A DNA stretch of 64,000 nt from Octopus sinensis (taxonomy: Eukaryota), in contig NC_043011.1 in assembly GCF_006345805.1 (NCBI RefSeq), positions 46,326,464 to 46,390,463 on the forward strand, in the 5' to 3' direction. Under the pieces are notes generated by a model. That model saw only the letters and a list, made by a program, of their open reading frames with translations, ran no database searches and had not been told where the DNA came from. This document shows, in pieces, positions 1 through 12,223 of this stretch (its first letter is position 1; every line of letters starts with the position of its first letter). Made by a program: the position numbers and the translations under genes.

Positions 1-40
1 ATTTCTAATTGGGTTGGAGATAAATTATGTTCAAACTTAC

Positions 41-112
41 CTCCATAAATTTTTGAGTGACATGATAAATTTTAGGACTATCATTTGAAATACTCAAATT
101 TAGAGCTAAAAG
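41..112 (-). CDS. Candidate internal exon (72 nt, phase 0-0) of an unidentified gene: LLALNLSISNDSPKIYHVTQKFME
   Basis: Minus strand reads ttttggtatttacag|CTTTTAGC...TTTATGGAG|gtaagt; strong acceptor and donor, open frame, length divisible by 3. Confidence 0.5.
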
Positions 113-629
113 CTGTAAATACCAAAATTGGTATTTTTATTATACTTTGTTTTGATTTTTGAAAATTTACCAAACATGATTAAAAGCATAAAAAAAAGGT
201 ATATGTTATCAGTAGGTAAATATGCTAAGTAGATGATATAGAGCAATGGGTAAGTTCACAACCCCATTTCAATGTCTACTTGGAATTTCACTACATTTAT
301 TTTGCAAACTCTTTTAGGAAAAATATAATTCTTTTCCAGCCTCCCCTAAAAACCACAATGCTTCAAACATACATGAGGAAAGCAATAGCAAATCACTCCA
401 GCACATCTCTCCTACAGTAGAATCATTGCAAGCTTTATCTTGAAATGGTTGAAGTCAGAGAATACACAAAAACTAACTTACTTATAAATGTTCTTTCAGA
501 ATTTATGAGCAGCAAAATGTAAATGAAAACAGTTACTAAAATATATTTTACAAATTTTCCAGAGGTTAGTTTCTTGGTATTAATCTTTAGAAACTACATG
601 TAACTACCAACTACTTATAATATTTAAAA

Positions 630-937
630 GTGGCACGTAAAAAGCAGCATCCGAATCGTGGCTGATGCCAGTGCTACCTTGGCTTGCTTCCGTGCCAGTA
701 GCACATAAAAAGCACCAACCAATCGTGGCTGTTGCCAGCCTCCTCTGGCCCCTGTGCTGGTGGCATGTAAATAACACCCACTACACTCACGGAGTGGTTG
801 GCATTAAGAAGGACATCCAGCTGTAGAATCACTGCCAGATCAGACTGGAGCCTGGTGCAGCCTCCTGGCTTCCCAGAACCCGGTCGAACCGTCCAAACCA
901 TGCTAGCATGGAAAACGGATGTTAAACGATGATGATG
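630..937 (+). mobile_element. Family C retroposon (tandem GTGGCACGTAAAAAGCACC units, AGGAAGGGCATCCAGCTGTAGAAA core, CATGCTAGCATGGAAAACGGACGTTAAAC(GAT)n tail)
   Basis: Same core and tail seen in at least 8 other copies in the window. Confidence 0.9.
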
Positions 938-1379
938 TTCTTAAAGGTACAGCAGTTGAGTTTTAATTCCATATAAAAGACTAATTTCTAGCTTAAACAT
1001 GTTTCATTCTATTTTTGTTCTGTTTAAGACATGACAAGTTAGCAATATCATAGCTCAAATATATATGGGTTACACTATTATTGTTATGGATGTAGCAACT
1101 GAGTAAAAATGCAACTAATTGAATTAAATTTGATTAAAATGAAGTTGACACAGTTTTAGCAATCACATTGGAACTTAGATGGGAAAGCCAAACTCTTTTG
1201 CAAAGAAAACATTGAAGCAGGTTGAAGTATAATATTTAGGTGGTTCAGCAAATGTACATTTGCTTCAGATAGAAATAAAATTTATCTATATTGCATAGAA
1301 ATAAAGAAAAAAAATAAAGTCACTGAAAATAAAAAAAAATTACCCATCAGTAGTGATACTATATTTTAGAAGAGTGGGG

Positions 1380-1900
1380 AGAGGATAATCCAAGAAAATA
1401 CGTAAAGAAAGATAACTATATCAAGGGGATGTAGATGGAGAGGAGATGCAGATGTTCGATACAATTAATATTAGGCTTCATGCAAGATGCAATTACAATA
1501 GTGAATAAAAATAATGTGGATAGTTCTGTAACAATTTCAGTTCTAAAAGGCAATATAAAAATGAGATCAAACTCAGTAAGTCTAAATTTAATATATTGGT
1601 ATTTCTAGAAAGAAATAAAACAATATTTGAACAGAAAATATATGTATATTTAGAAACAATATATAGAGAAAATTAAAGCATATTGAATGTTTCAAAGATA
1701 CAGTCTGAAATTAAGAATATTAGCTTACAGACATTTAAATTGCATTGATGAACAATACAGAGATTATAGAAGTGTTTTATCTTTCTTTAGTGACGATCTA
1801 GAAAGCAGACAAAAGCAGTGAACAACTGCCAAATAAAGTGGGAAAATGGCAAAAATGTAATTCAGATAACAAACTGGAATACAACAGAAAATTATATAAA
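1380..1900 (+). mobile_element. Possible highly decayed LINE (CR1-like RT) fragment
   Basis: Purine-rich strand bias and weak RT-like peptide fragments only; no intact motif. Confidence 0.25.
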
Positions 1901-2000
1901 AAGAGACACGTAATAACTGGTTTCTCTTGCAGTCACAGAACTGACTTCTTTCAGGAAAGGCCTACGTGTTCGTTGTAGAATTAATATATTAATATAATGT

Positions 2001-2400
2001 AGGCATAGGAGTGGGTGTGTGGTAAGTAGCTTGTTTACCAATCAAATAGTTCCAGGTTCAGTCCCACTGCGTGGTACCTTGGGCAAGTGTCTTCTACTAT
2101 AGCCTCGGGCCGAACAAAGACTTGTGAGTGGATTTGGTAGATGGAAACGGAAAGAAGCCCGTCATATATATGTAAATATATATATGTGTGTGTGTGTGTA
2201 CGTTTGTGCGTCTCTGTTTGTCTTCCCAACATCGCTTGATAACCAATGCTGGTGTGTTTACGTCCCCGTAACTCAGTGGTTCAGCAAAAGAGACCGATAG
2301 AATAAGCACTAGGCTTACAAAGAATAAGTCCTGGGGTCAATTTTCTCGACTAAAGGTGGTGCTCCAGCATGGCCACAGTCAAATGACTGAAACAAGTAAA
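2001..2400 (+). mobile_element. Family A tRNA-derived SINE
   Basis: A-box-like GGAGTGG(C/G)TGTGTGG, B-box GGTTCAGTCC, internal (TA)/(TG) tract, tail GACTGAAACAAGTAAAA. Confidence 0.9.
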
Positions 2401-2431
2401 AAAAATTAATCTGTAATAAATGATAAAAAAA

Positions 2432-2565
2432 AATGGTCCTCCATTGGTTTTGATAATGAGTGTTTGAGTTGTTCAGTCAATAGAATCATCTACTCATTGA
2501 ATTATAATATAAGTGGCTGAATATTTCACAAACATCTGTGTCCTTAATGTAATCTTAAAGCAGAT
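2432..2565 (-). mobile_element. Old degenerate copy of the E-family (T2) SINE tail
   Basis: Alignable by eye to 37520-37650 and 40031-40155 (aagtggctga...gtgtacccttaa). Confidence 0.5.
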
Positions 2566-3082
2566 ACAAACAGGGATAAGTAGTCAATCTGCTAGACTTC
2601 CACAAAGTTCCCATCTCTCCAATTTTGCTAACAAGGCTCAGGCCAACCCCAGTATTCATTTAATATTTTTAATTGAAAAGTTATTATAGATTAACTTGTT
2701 GGGTATTAATTGAAGAGATGTGGTAAAAAATGAACTCAAGATCCTAATATTGCAAACTTTTTAACTCCTCAACCATATCTTTGTTTATCAGTATTTCTTT
2801 AATGCAATCCCCTAAGAGTAAAAAGTCAGTTTAACTCAGAAGAAATATTTAGATTATATTTTTGTATCAGCTTATCTTTTAATGCCATTTTCAGACAATA
2901 ATTAGTGAATAACGATATTTCTCTGTTATTATGTATCTCAATTCCACATGGAAATAATTTTTAAGATGTCCCATAAATATTCTAACATCTGGCAGCTTCG
3001 TTTTTTTTCTTTTACATTGGACGATTTTTACTATATCTTTTTACCTTATGATGGCCAAGTACATTTATACTTGTGTGTTTAA

Positions 3083-3304
3083 CCCTTTCGTTACTGTATT
3101 TATTTTGAGATGCTCTGTGTTTCTTTCAATCAATTTTAAATATAACAAAGGATTTAGTAAAATAACTTAGTTATCGTTAAGCTAATGTTAGGAACATAAA
3201 TTGCGACTAAGGTTTGGTGGAAGATTTTAATTCAAAACTTATGAAAACAAGACATTTGTATTACAGAGCTAGAGCCGGTTTCAGCCGGGTTGGTCTCAAA
3301 AGGG
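3083..3304. mobile_element. piggyBac-type MITE
   Basis: TTAA-CCCTTT ... AAAGGG-TTAA termini (TTAA at 3079-3082 and 3305-3308). Confidence 0.7.
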
Positions 3305-3578
3305 TTAAAGAGACTTTTACAATGAAATCGTTGCCTGTTCAGCAGCTGATCAATCTTATATCGTTTACATTCACATTTCCCAGCCCGTGTATACCTGTCA
3401 TCCACTCCATACCTTTTTTTTTTATCATTGCCTGTTTTCACATTTAGTTAAGCAATCACAATTTTTGACATCCTTTGCTAAGTATACAGAAAATTACTTC
3501 TTGCAACAATTGATAGAAAGAGCTTTTCTCTTCATTGGCTGCATTACTTATAGGTACATAGCAAACTGATGCTTCATT

Positions 3579-3632
3579 ACAATGGAAGAAAGCTTATAGA
3601 GACTTAATTCTCTATTAGCTTTCTTCCATTGT
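3579..3632. other. 24-bp inverted repeat with 6-nt loop (pre-miRNA-sized hairpin)
   Basis: acaatggaagaaagct-t-atagaga / cttaat / tctctat-t-agctttcttccattgt; 23 of 24 pairs. Confidence 0.9.
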
Positions 3633-4559
3633 CTTAGAATTTCCGTTCAGATAATGCTTTTGAAACCATTATAATTCAGAATACTCCATATCATCTTTCC
3701 TTCCAGAGATCAAATATGGATTGTCTTGCACTCCCTCTAAGTCTAGTCCCTCCAAGTTAGGACAAATGTACCAATTCTGTACTTTCCCATTGTCCTTGCT
3801 GTCTTCCCCCTGTATACCAGTCTATGTTATAATACATATTTTAGTATATGTATTATATGTATATGTATACACCAAAAGAACCATTGCACTCTGTTTCCTC
3901 AGGACCAGACATTAGAACATATGAAAGTGCAATATCAGCAGTGATCATCACTTAATAGTAGAGACAATTCAACTGAAACTGAAAGCTATAGAAAAGAAGA
4001 AAATGTTTGCTGGGTTTGATACAGTAGTGTTGAAAGACGATCAAACTAAAAATGAATTTGTAATTGACTGTTGAAATCAGTTTGTAGTATTTGAAGATGT
4101 AAGTGGACATCTAGACATCACTAGTGCAGGGGAGAAAGTACAGGAAGTAAATCGGAATGTAGCTAAAGGTGTTCTAAGAAGAAGAAAGATTAAAAGAAAA
4201 TGGATTTTGAATAACCATTGCTAAGTTATTAAGGTATGAAAGGAACAAAAATGAATTGTTGAAAGTTAGAGAAGGAATAAGAGGGAACTTAAAATGAAAA
4301 TATCTAAAAATTGGAGTCTCAACAGAGATGGTAAAGTACTCAAGAGGAAATAAAAGGAAAATTCTTGGAAGTAGTAACTATTGAAGTAGTTAAATTACTT
4401 AATGCAGGTGAGAGAAAAGGATTAAGAAAACTTATGAAATAATGAACGAAATTACAAATGAAGAAATCAAAAAATTACTTGTGTTTAGTTCTGAAGAGTA
4501 AATAATAACACTAGAAATAAACATTCAGAAATTATACAAAGATCATCTTATGTTATTAA

Positions 4560-4880
4560 AATGCTTAATGGAAAATGTGCTCTGATAATTTCTGAAGTTA
4601 CTAGAGGAGCTGGAAATGACAGTAGATGAAGAATCTACTGAAGAAATAGTAAAAGATGTTGAGCAATTAAACAAATGGTAGAGATTTTCCTGGATAAAAT
4701 GGAATTGCAGGAGAAAAAAGTAAGCTAGGACTATGGAGAAAACCAAGCAGAATTTTGCATTATATGGTTCCACCAGAGTTAGTAATGTTTTCAGACAGTT
4801 CTTGCACCAAAGACTGCTATAAATTTGAAATAGTACATAGAGCCTCTAATAAGTTATTGGACATCTACAGGAAGTTGACA
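4560..4880 (+). mobile_element. Decayed CR1-like LINE, RT C-terminal region
   Basis: Frameshifted peptides resembling 'DL..L.KW' and 'RP.LEYASSVW.P.L.KD...LE.V.RRA' motifs. Confidence 0.35.
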
Positions 4881-5008
4881 TCAGTGACCTAACCACAAAT
4901 ATATAACCAGTAAATTGTTGCATTAAAAGAAAATGTGACCAATATTCTGTACAAAGCTACATACACTTTATTTTCATAAAATAGAACATGGACTACAAAA
5001 ACATTCAC

Positions 5009-5042
5009 CTTCCATTTCTTAGTATTTGGTAATAAAACTGAA
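5009..5042 (-). CDS. Candidate 34-nt exon (SVLLPNTKKWK frame, phase 2-0)
   Basis: aatttatttccag|TTCAG...TGGAAG|gtgaat; phase-compatible with exon 41-112. Confidence 0.3.
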
Positions 5043-5085
5043 CTGGAAATAAATTCCAAATATTACTTTCTACAGAAATCTCTAT

Positions 5086-5715
5086 GCGCAGCAGTGGCTA
5101 TGTGGTAAGTAGCTTGCTTACCAACCACATGGTTCCGTGTTCAGTCCCACTGTATGGCACCTTGAGTAAGTGTATTCTACTATAGCCTTGGGCCAACCAA
5201 AGCTTTGTACATGGATTTGGTAAATGGAAACTGAAAGAAGCCCGTCATGTATATATAAATATACATATATATGTGAAGGCACATGGCTCAGTGGTTAGAG
5301 CGTCGATCATGAGATTGTGAGCTTGAATCCTGGACTGGGCTGTATGTTGTGTTCTTGAGCAAGACACTTATTTCACATTGAGTTGCGACATCACAGGTGC
5401 CAAGCTGTATTGACCATTGCCTTTCTCTTGGATAACACTGGTGGCATGGAGAGGGGAGGCTGGTATGTGTGACCGACTGCTGGTCTTCCATAAACAACCT
5501 TGCTTGGACTTGTGCCTGGGGATGTAACTTTCTAGGTGCAATCCCATGGTCTGGAGTCTCAGAATATATATATGTATGTATATGCTTGTATGTCTGTGTT
5601 GGTGTGTTTACATCTTGGTAACTTAGCAGTTCAGCAAAAGAGACTGATAGAATAAGTACTAGGCTTACAAAGAATAAGCATGGCTGCAGTCAAATGACTG
5701 AAACAAATAAAAGAA
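5086..5715 (+). mobile_element. Family A SINE interrupted by a family D insertion
   Basis: Head 5086-5250 and tail 5590-5715 flank the D element inside the internal microsatellite. Confidence 0.85.
5275..5560 (+). mobile_element. Family D tRNA-derived SINE (body X + tail T1)
   Basis: GGCTCAGTGGTTAGAGCG A-box, TTGAATCC B-box, CTTGAGCAAGACACTT body; matches 42961-43295. Confidence 0.85.
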
Positions 5716-7615
5716 CAAAACATTACCAAACATTAGCTTGACCCAATAATAATTAGAGAAAACAAACATCTGCAGTTTACTGTAGAATTCCTTGAGATTA
5801 TTTTGCATACATAATCAATTTCTTGAAAAATATTATTATACTTGTTAGGCAGTGTTTGATCCATGAAACATTTTCAATACAACTCAATAATGCAATCAAG
5901 AAAGCAGAAAAGAAATATAAAGAAAAAGGAAAAAAGCAGTTTTGATTATGAAGTAAAAAATAGTTTCAGTTTTTAGAAGATACTTTGCAATCCATTCAAG
6001 TGCTAAAGAGTTTCCATGGCAATAGAAATTATTTCTTACAAAACTTCACACACACTCAAACAATAGCTGAGACTGACTGAGATAATAGTCAAAACCTGGG
6101 ATTAAAGAAGGATTCCCTACAATAGACGAATTTTTCTGAACAAACCATGATCATGCATTTTAAACTAGCTTTTGCTACATCTTACAATTATTTTTCTCTA
6201 GTCTTTTTTATATAATCCTGAAGACATGATATTCAAAAGATAAGAAACTATAATGAACAGAATAATGCTATAACAATGGCACAAAGCTTTTAAGTAATAT
6301 TTACACAGAAAATATTTCTAAAAAACATATTTATAATACCATTCTCATTAAAATATCTTAAGTAGGACAGTCAGATATCGTTAAGTGTCAAATAACATTT
6401 TATAATTAAGTTGCATCATAAGACAAAAATCATTTCTCTAGGATTACACAATTTAGTACAAATATTATAACTACTAAACAATACTTCTACAATTTTGAAA
6501 ACTACAAATAAAATAAACATATGTACTATAAAAATATTAAATAGTTGGCTATTAAAATAATTAGGTTTATCTGCTGCAATATTAGAAGCATGACATAAGA
6601 CAGGATACTGATGTATAAAGTCCAAGAAAGGATGTTTTTGAGAATATTTCTGAAGATTTAGAAGCATTTCATAAGCTCATGTAAATTCTTCATAGCCAAG
6701 TTATTAAACATATAATATTTTTAAACCTTAGCATCGAATACTTCATGACTGAAATAAATTCAGTGCAATTATTTATGTAGTAGTAGTAGTAGTAATAGTA
6801 GTAGTAGTAGTATTGATTCTTCAAAAGGTAGGAGATGATATTTATAAATGAATATAATTATTCAGATTCAAGGCAATATGAGATCGGTCAAAGAAAAATA
6901 ATCAAAGTGTTTCCCATTTTAAATAACAGAGCGAATATCTTTCCATTCATTGAATATAATAAATGAGAAGAGGTACAAGAGAAGTGAAGATAAGTTTACC
7001 AACACACCATTGAACTAAATTGCGAGTGAATTTCCATCCTACATGATGTCTGCCTAAGAATTTGATGTATAACCAACACATCAATTTCTCTTGAATAACT
7101 ATTACATGCTTGTTACACTAACTCTGCATGCAAGACAAATGTTCTGCAGCTGATGAAGGCCAGTGTCGTGACTGAAATTATTTGGATATTTGCTAACCTA
7201 TTAGGATATAAAGAAATAAGTAGTCACCATTTCAACAATATTAAACATGTTTAATATTAAGAGCAAGTGAAATGATGATAATTGCATTAAAGCTTTCTGC
7301 ATCTTTTACATCATTTATAGATTAACTTACTACTGCCAAGATGCATTGAAGATTTACCATTCTACCAATCTGAAGACTATTTTCTTCCTTCAAAGGAATA
7401 TCTTTATTGCTTTATCATGCACTTTCCACCAGACTTTTGAAAATTAATCCACTCTTAAAAGTTAGGCTTTATATTAAATCATAACATATTTCTTTAAACT
7501 AGAAAACGATATGCCACTTTAATACGAACATAAGAAAATGCCATGGTGCATTCAACAGAAAACTTTTATAAGTAGTAAATATAATACAGGAAAGAAGTAT
7601 ATTATTGTCATTCAC

Positions 7616-7672
7616 ACATTGTAGTTATCCAATATGACTTTGCAGCTAGTAGCAGACACGCCATAGTTAATT
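7616..7672 (-). CDS. Candidate 57-nt exon (INYGVSATSCKVILDNYN frame, phase 2-2)
   Basis: ttttcttttatgtaaatctag|...ACAATGT|gtgaat; two open frames, moderate donor. Confidence 0.25.
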
Positions 7673-9456
7673 CTAGATTTACATAAAAGAAAACTGACAA
7701 ATCTAGTGTTATCTGTAGATTGAAACTATCAGCAACATAATTTCCCAGACATCCATATTTATCCAGCAAAAGCCATAATTTAACTAACTAATACTATGAA
7801 GACAATTTTGCATAAATATATCAAGCTATTTCTGTAGCTAAATCAAGGATAAAAAAAGAAAAAAGAAAAAAATCCAATGTGCTGATACAATGGCAACTGA
7901 TCTGATTAATAGCAAAATTATACAAATTCTCACATTTTCATTTATATCCATTCTGGATTTTAAAAATAAAAATAAATTTTCTAAAGACAGCGTTTAATAT
8001 ATCAATGAATCTGCATATTTTCTAATAGCCACTCATTTACCAAAGTTCTATAAACATGGTGCTATTCTCATGACATTTTTTGCCAATCGATTATTTTGGA
8101 GTATGATAAAAATAGAAAGATGTATTGATTAACCAGCAGTAGACTATTTGATTTGTAATATCAGAAATCGTAGCAGTTGTATACTTTTCCCAAACATTTC
8201 ATACTTCTAAATTACTGACACCAATATCAGTTAATGAATTTGAAATAATTTATTAAAATAGAGGAAACCATTATTAAATTTATTATCTTAACATAAGTGA
8301 CATTTGTTGTAAAAGCAAACCAGTAGCAAATCAATAAGAATCAGTTCTTGAAAAGCAAGTATCAGAGAGGAAGCCTGTGATTTTTAAGATGAACTAGAAA
8401 GAAAGCGAGTTATATTATGCATTATGATAAAGAGTTTCTGTGGAATAAAATCCAACAGGATGGGTAGAAAAAAAAATTCAAGTTAATAAAAGAAAAAGAA
8501 GCATCAGTAAGTAAAGCCTGATATAGCTATAGTAAAGTTTCAACTTGTCTAGTATTAGGACAGTTTTAACTTAAAGAGAAACTAAAGCGATTAAAAAGAA
8601 GGGAATAAGAAATTTTAACAAGAAAAGAGCATGATAAGTAATTGTAGAATATACAAAAAAAAAATTATGGGATATTTTGGAACAGTTAAACAATTATAAA
8701 AATTAACCAAGGTGTTTAGAATAAAAAAAATAATCATCAGCTATTGATCAAATTTATATAATTTATAATTCTTATAAGATTACTTGTATATGATAAAGAA
8801 TGTGTACCCAACATGTTGAAGCAGATACAAAAGAGTTTTAAGAAAAATCTGGATAAAATTGCTTATTAATGGATATAATAATCATTGAAATATAAAAATC
8901 AAATGAGGTCGGTCTGTAATGAACATTACCAAAACATAGTGGAAACTAATAAATTTAAAGTGTGGAAATATGTTAATCTGTAGCTTGTCATATTAACGAA
9001 ATAGTGAGGAAAATATGGAAGTTGATCTGAAAGATCTGCAGTTGAAATTGAATGGTGTTATAAAGCAATGTACCTCTCTATATTAATGTCTTGTTCACAT
9101 TATGACATGTTAAAAAAACTGTTTCAGAAATTAACAGATATTATAAGAAGGAAAACACCAAAACTGAAAAACAACCCATACAATTGGTTTCATTAACCAT
9201 CTAAGGTAGCTTTCACTCTTTACTTACTGAAACACAAATGAGTTTACAAGAAGGGAGAAAAATTGGGGAAATTTCGAACCTGGGTTCTCATTCCTAAGTT
9301 ATTTGTTGACGTTATTATTATTATTATAGGTTGCCCTTTGGAATTGAACTCGGTAGAAGGCTGGAGAGTATATCAGCTGAAACATTGTGTTAACAACAAA
9401 CAAGATGAGGACAAATATCTGTCGAATGTAAATAATGTAAATAAAATAATAATAAT

Positions 9457-9552
9457 GGTTTCAAATTTTGCCACAGGGGCAGCAATTTTGAGGGAGGGGA
9501 TGAGTCAATTACATCAACCCAGTCTTCAACAATTCTGCCAGCTCGCTGCCTT
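9457..9552 (-). mobile_element. Family B SINE (tail B2), internally deleted
   Basis: Head AAGGCAGCGAGCTGGCAGAA is fused almost directly to GACTGGGTTGATGTAATTGACT and the GCAAAATTTGAAACC tail. Confidence 0.8.
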
Positions 9553-9570
9553 AATAATAATAATAATAAC

Positions 9571-9934
9571 AACAAGGGCACTCAGAAAGTGCAAACCTCT
9601 GCCAAGGCAGCACCAATATCCTCTCAACGATTATCCAGAGATGATTTTTAAAATGAGAATATCTGAAATAAACTTGACTGCTTTCACAAATGTGAATACT
9701 AAAAATGAACCCGACCACTCACAAAAAAATTAAGTGAAAAAAGCGGAAAAATAAACCAGAATACTTGTCCGGTACCAGATCGATCCCTAAATCTAGTCAG
9801 CTTGTGCCAGTTATGAGGCCAAACATCCCTGAAAGTTTCATTCAAATCCATTCAGTGGTTCTTGAGATATCTTGTCCATGGACAAAAAAACAAACATGAC
9901 CGAAAACAATACCTCCACCTTTGCTAAGGTGGAG

Positions 9935-9937
<3 letters not shown>
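9571..9937 (-). mobile_element. Non-autonomous Helentron-like (HINE/DINE-like) element
   Basis: Sub-terminal inverted repeats (acctctgcc 9595-9603 / ggtggaga about 9928-9935), stem-loop gcact-cagaa-agtgc (9578-9592), hairpin ctccacctt-tgct-aaggtggag (9913-9934), typical 'tttcattcaaatccattcagtggttcttgagatatc' motif. Confidence 0.65.
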
Positions 9938-9974
<37 letters not shown>

Positions 9975-10140
9975 TAATAATAATAATAGTAATAATAATA
10001 ATAATAATATTAGTAATAATAAAACTATGAAAAAATTGCAGCATAAGACAAGGCCGAACATTTTTGTGAGAATGGAATAAGATAAAATTAATAATATTAA
10101 TAACAATAATAATAATGATGATAATGATGATGATAGAAGT
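9936..10140. repeat. (AAT)n/(GAT)n imperfect microsatellite
   Basis: Direct reading. Confidence 0.95.
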
Positions 10141-10380
10141 CATGGATATTACCATAGTACTTACAGTAATAGAACTCTTGGAGCATAGAAAAATATGGAA
10201 AGCTATCTGATCATTTTTAAGTAAAAGGTTTTCAAAATTGTACTTTTACGCAGCACATGTATCAGAAAAATCCATTCTATCAGAATGGAATGAGATATAT
10301 AGGAAAATTCCAAAAAAGTATTATACAATCAAAAGTTACTTTGCATATATATAAATATACCTCCATGTATGTAAGTGTGT

Positions 10381-10480
10381 GTACACACACACACACATAC
10401 ATGCACACACACACACACATACATGCATACACACACATACACACACACACACACACACACATACATGCACACACACACAG
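10381..10480. repeat. (CA)n/(CATA) microsatellite
   Basis: Direct reading. Confidence 0.95.
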
Positions 10481-10604
10481 AAACATAAACAGCAGCTTTG
10501 AAAAGAAGAAACCATCATAATTCTCTGGAGAGTTGCTTTGAAATAACCTGGACTTATAATATGCAATCTAGTAGTATGCTTAATAAAATTACAAGTATAA
10601 TAAC

Positions 10605-10640
<36 letters not shown>

Positions 10641-10642
<2 letters not shown>

Positions 10643-11662
10643 GCACCAAGCTAGCAGAATAGTTACTGTATTGCGTCAAATACTTAGCGGCATCATGTCC
10701 ATCTTTACGTCCTGAGTTCAAATTCTGCTGAGGTCAATTTTACATATCAGCCTTTCAGGTTGTTAAAATGAGTACCAGTTGAGAATTGGAATAGATGTAA
10801 TCGACATACATCATCCTCTGAACTTGCTGGCCTTATTATTATTATTATCATTATTGTTGTTGTTGTTATTAAGATGGCAAGCTGGTAGAACCATTAGCAC
10901 GTTGGGCGAAATGCTTAGAAGTATTTCGTCTGTCGCTATGTTCTGAGTTCAAATTCTGCAGAGGTCGACTTTGCTTTCCATCCTTTCAAGGTCGATAAAA
11001 TAAATACCAGTTAAAGACTAGGGTCGATGTAATTGACTCATCCCCTCCCCCCAAAATCCTGCCCTTGTGGCAAAATTTGAAACCATTATAATTATTATTG
11101 TGGCAAATGAAAGGAACCATCATCATCATCATCATCATTATTATTATTATTATTATATTATTATTAAGCACCAAGCTAGCAGAATAGTTACTGTATTGCG
11201 TCAAATACTTAGCGGCATCATGTCCATCTTTACGTCCTGAGTTCAAATTCTACTGAGGTCAATTTTACATATCAGCCTTTCAGGTTGTTAAAATGAGTAC
11301 CAGTTGAGAATTGGAATAGATGTAATCGACATACATCATCCTCTGAACTTGCTGGCCTTATTATTATTATTATTATCATTATTGTTGTTGTTGTTATTAA
11401 GATGGCAAGCTGGTAGAACCATTAGCACGTTGGGCGAAATGCTTAGAAGTATTTCGTCTGTCGCTATGTTCTGAGTTCAAATTCTGCAGAGGTCGACTTT
11501 GCTTTCCATCCTTTCAAGGTCGATAAAATAAATACCAGTTAAAGACTAGGGTCGATGTAATTGACTCATCCCCTCCCCCCAAAATCCTGCCCTTGTGGCA
11601 AAATTTGAAACCATTATAATTATTATTGTGGCAAATGAAAGGAACCATCATCATCATCATCA

Positions 11663-11702
<40 letters not shown>
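10641..11702 (+). repeat. Tandem duplication (period 525 bp) of a unit containing two family B SINEs
   Basis: aagcaccaagctagcag at 10641 and 11166; units near-identical apart from one substitution and microsatellite length. Confidence 0.95.
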
Positions 11703-11705
<3 letters not shown>

Positions 11706-11918
11706 GGTGGTGAACTGGCAGAATCATTAGCATGTTAGATGAAATGCTTAGTGGTATTTCGCCTGTCGCTACTTTCTGAGTTCAAATTCTGCAGAGGTTA
11801 ACTTTGCCTTTCATCTTTTTGGGGTTGATAAAATAAGTACCAGTTGAAAACTGGAGTCGATTACATCGACTTATTCCCTCCCCCAAAACTGCTGCCCTCA
11901 AGACAAATTTTGAAACCA
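11703..11918 (+). mobile_element. Family B SINE (tail B2), fifth head-to-tail copy
   Basis: AAGGTGGTGAACTGGCAGAA head, TTCTGAGTTCAAATTC B-box-like motif, CTTTGCCTTTCATC..GATAAAATAAGTACCAG core. Confidence 0.9.
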
Positions 11919-12223
11919 TTATTATAATTATTATTATTATTATTATTATTAAAAGCATGGGCAACAACATTAAGGGTTGTTTTGAAAATGACGTTTTATG
12001 ATTGATTTGTCAGAATGTAAAAACTAACAGAGACCATGATATAAAGAAGTGTAAGATGAAATTCATAAAACATACATTTCTTACTTTGCTATCAGAACTT
12101 GTGACTACAAATACCATGTTATTTGGGAATCTAAACAACCTAAGTTTTGTTCATACTTTGAGGATTTCAATGTTTAGAGTCTTCTGACACCTGTTGTTCA
12201 ACCAAAATTTCTCCTCTATAACA

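Noticed and set aside
7331-7500. Strong minus-strand donor (gtaagt at 7325-7330) with upstream peptide KDIPLKEENSLQIGRMVNLQCILAV
   Set aside because: No acceptable acceptor gives a stop-free exon
9263-9733. 156-aa plus-strand ORF
   Set aside because: Crosses a deleted B SINE, (AAT)n and a Helentron-like element; a chimera of repeats
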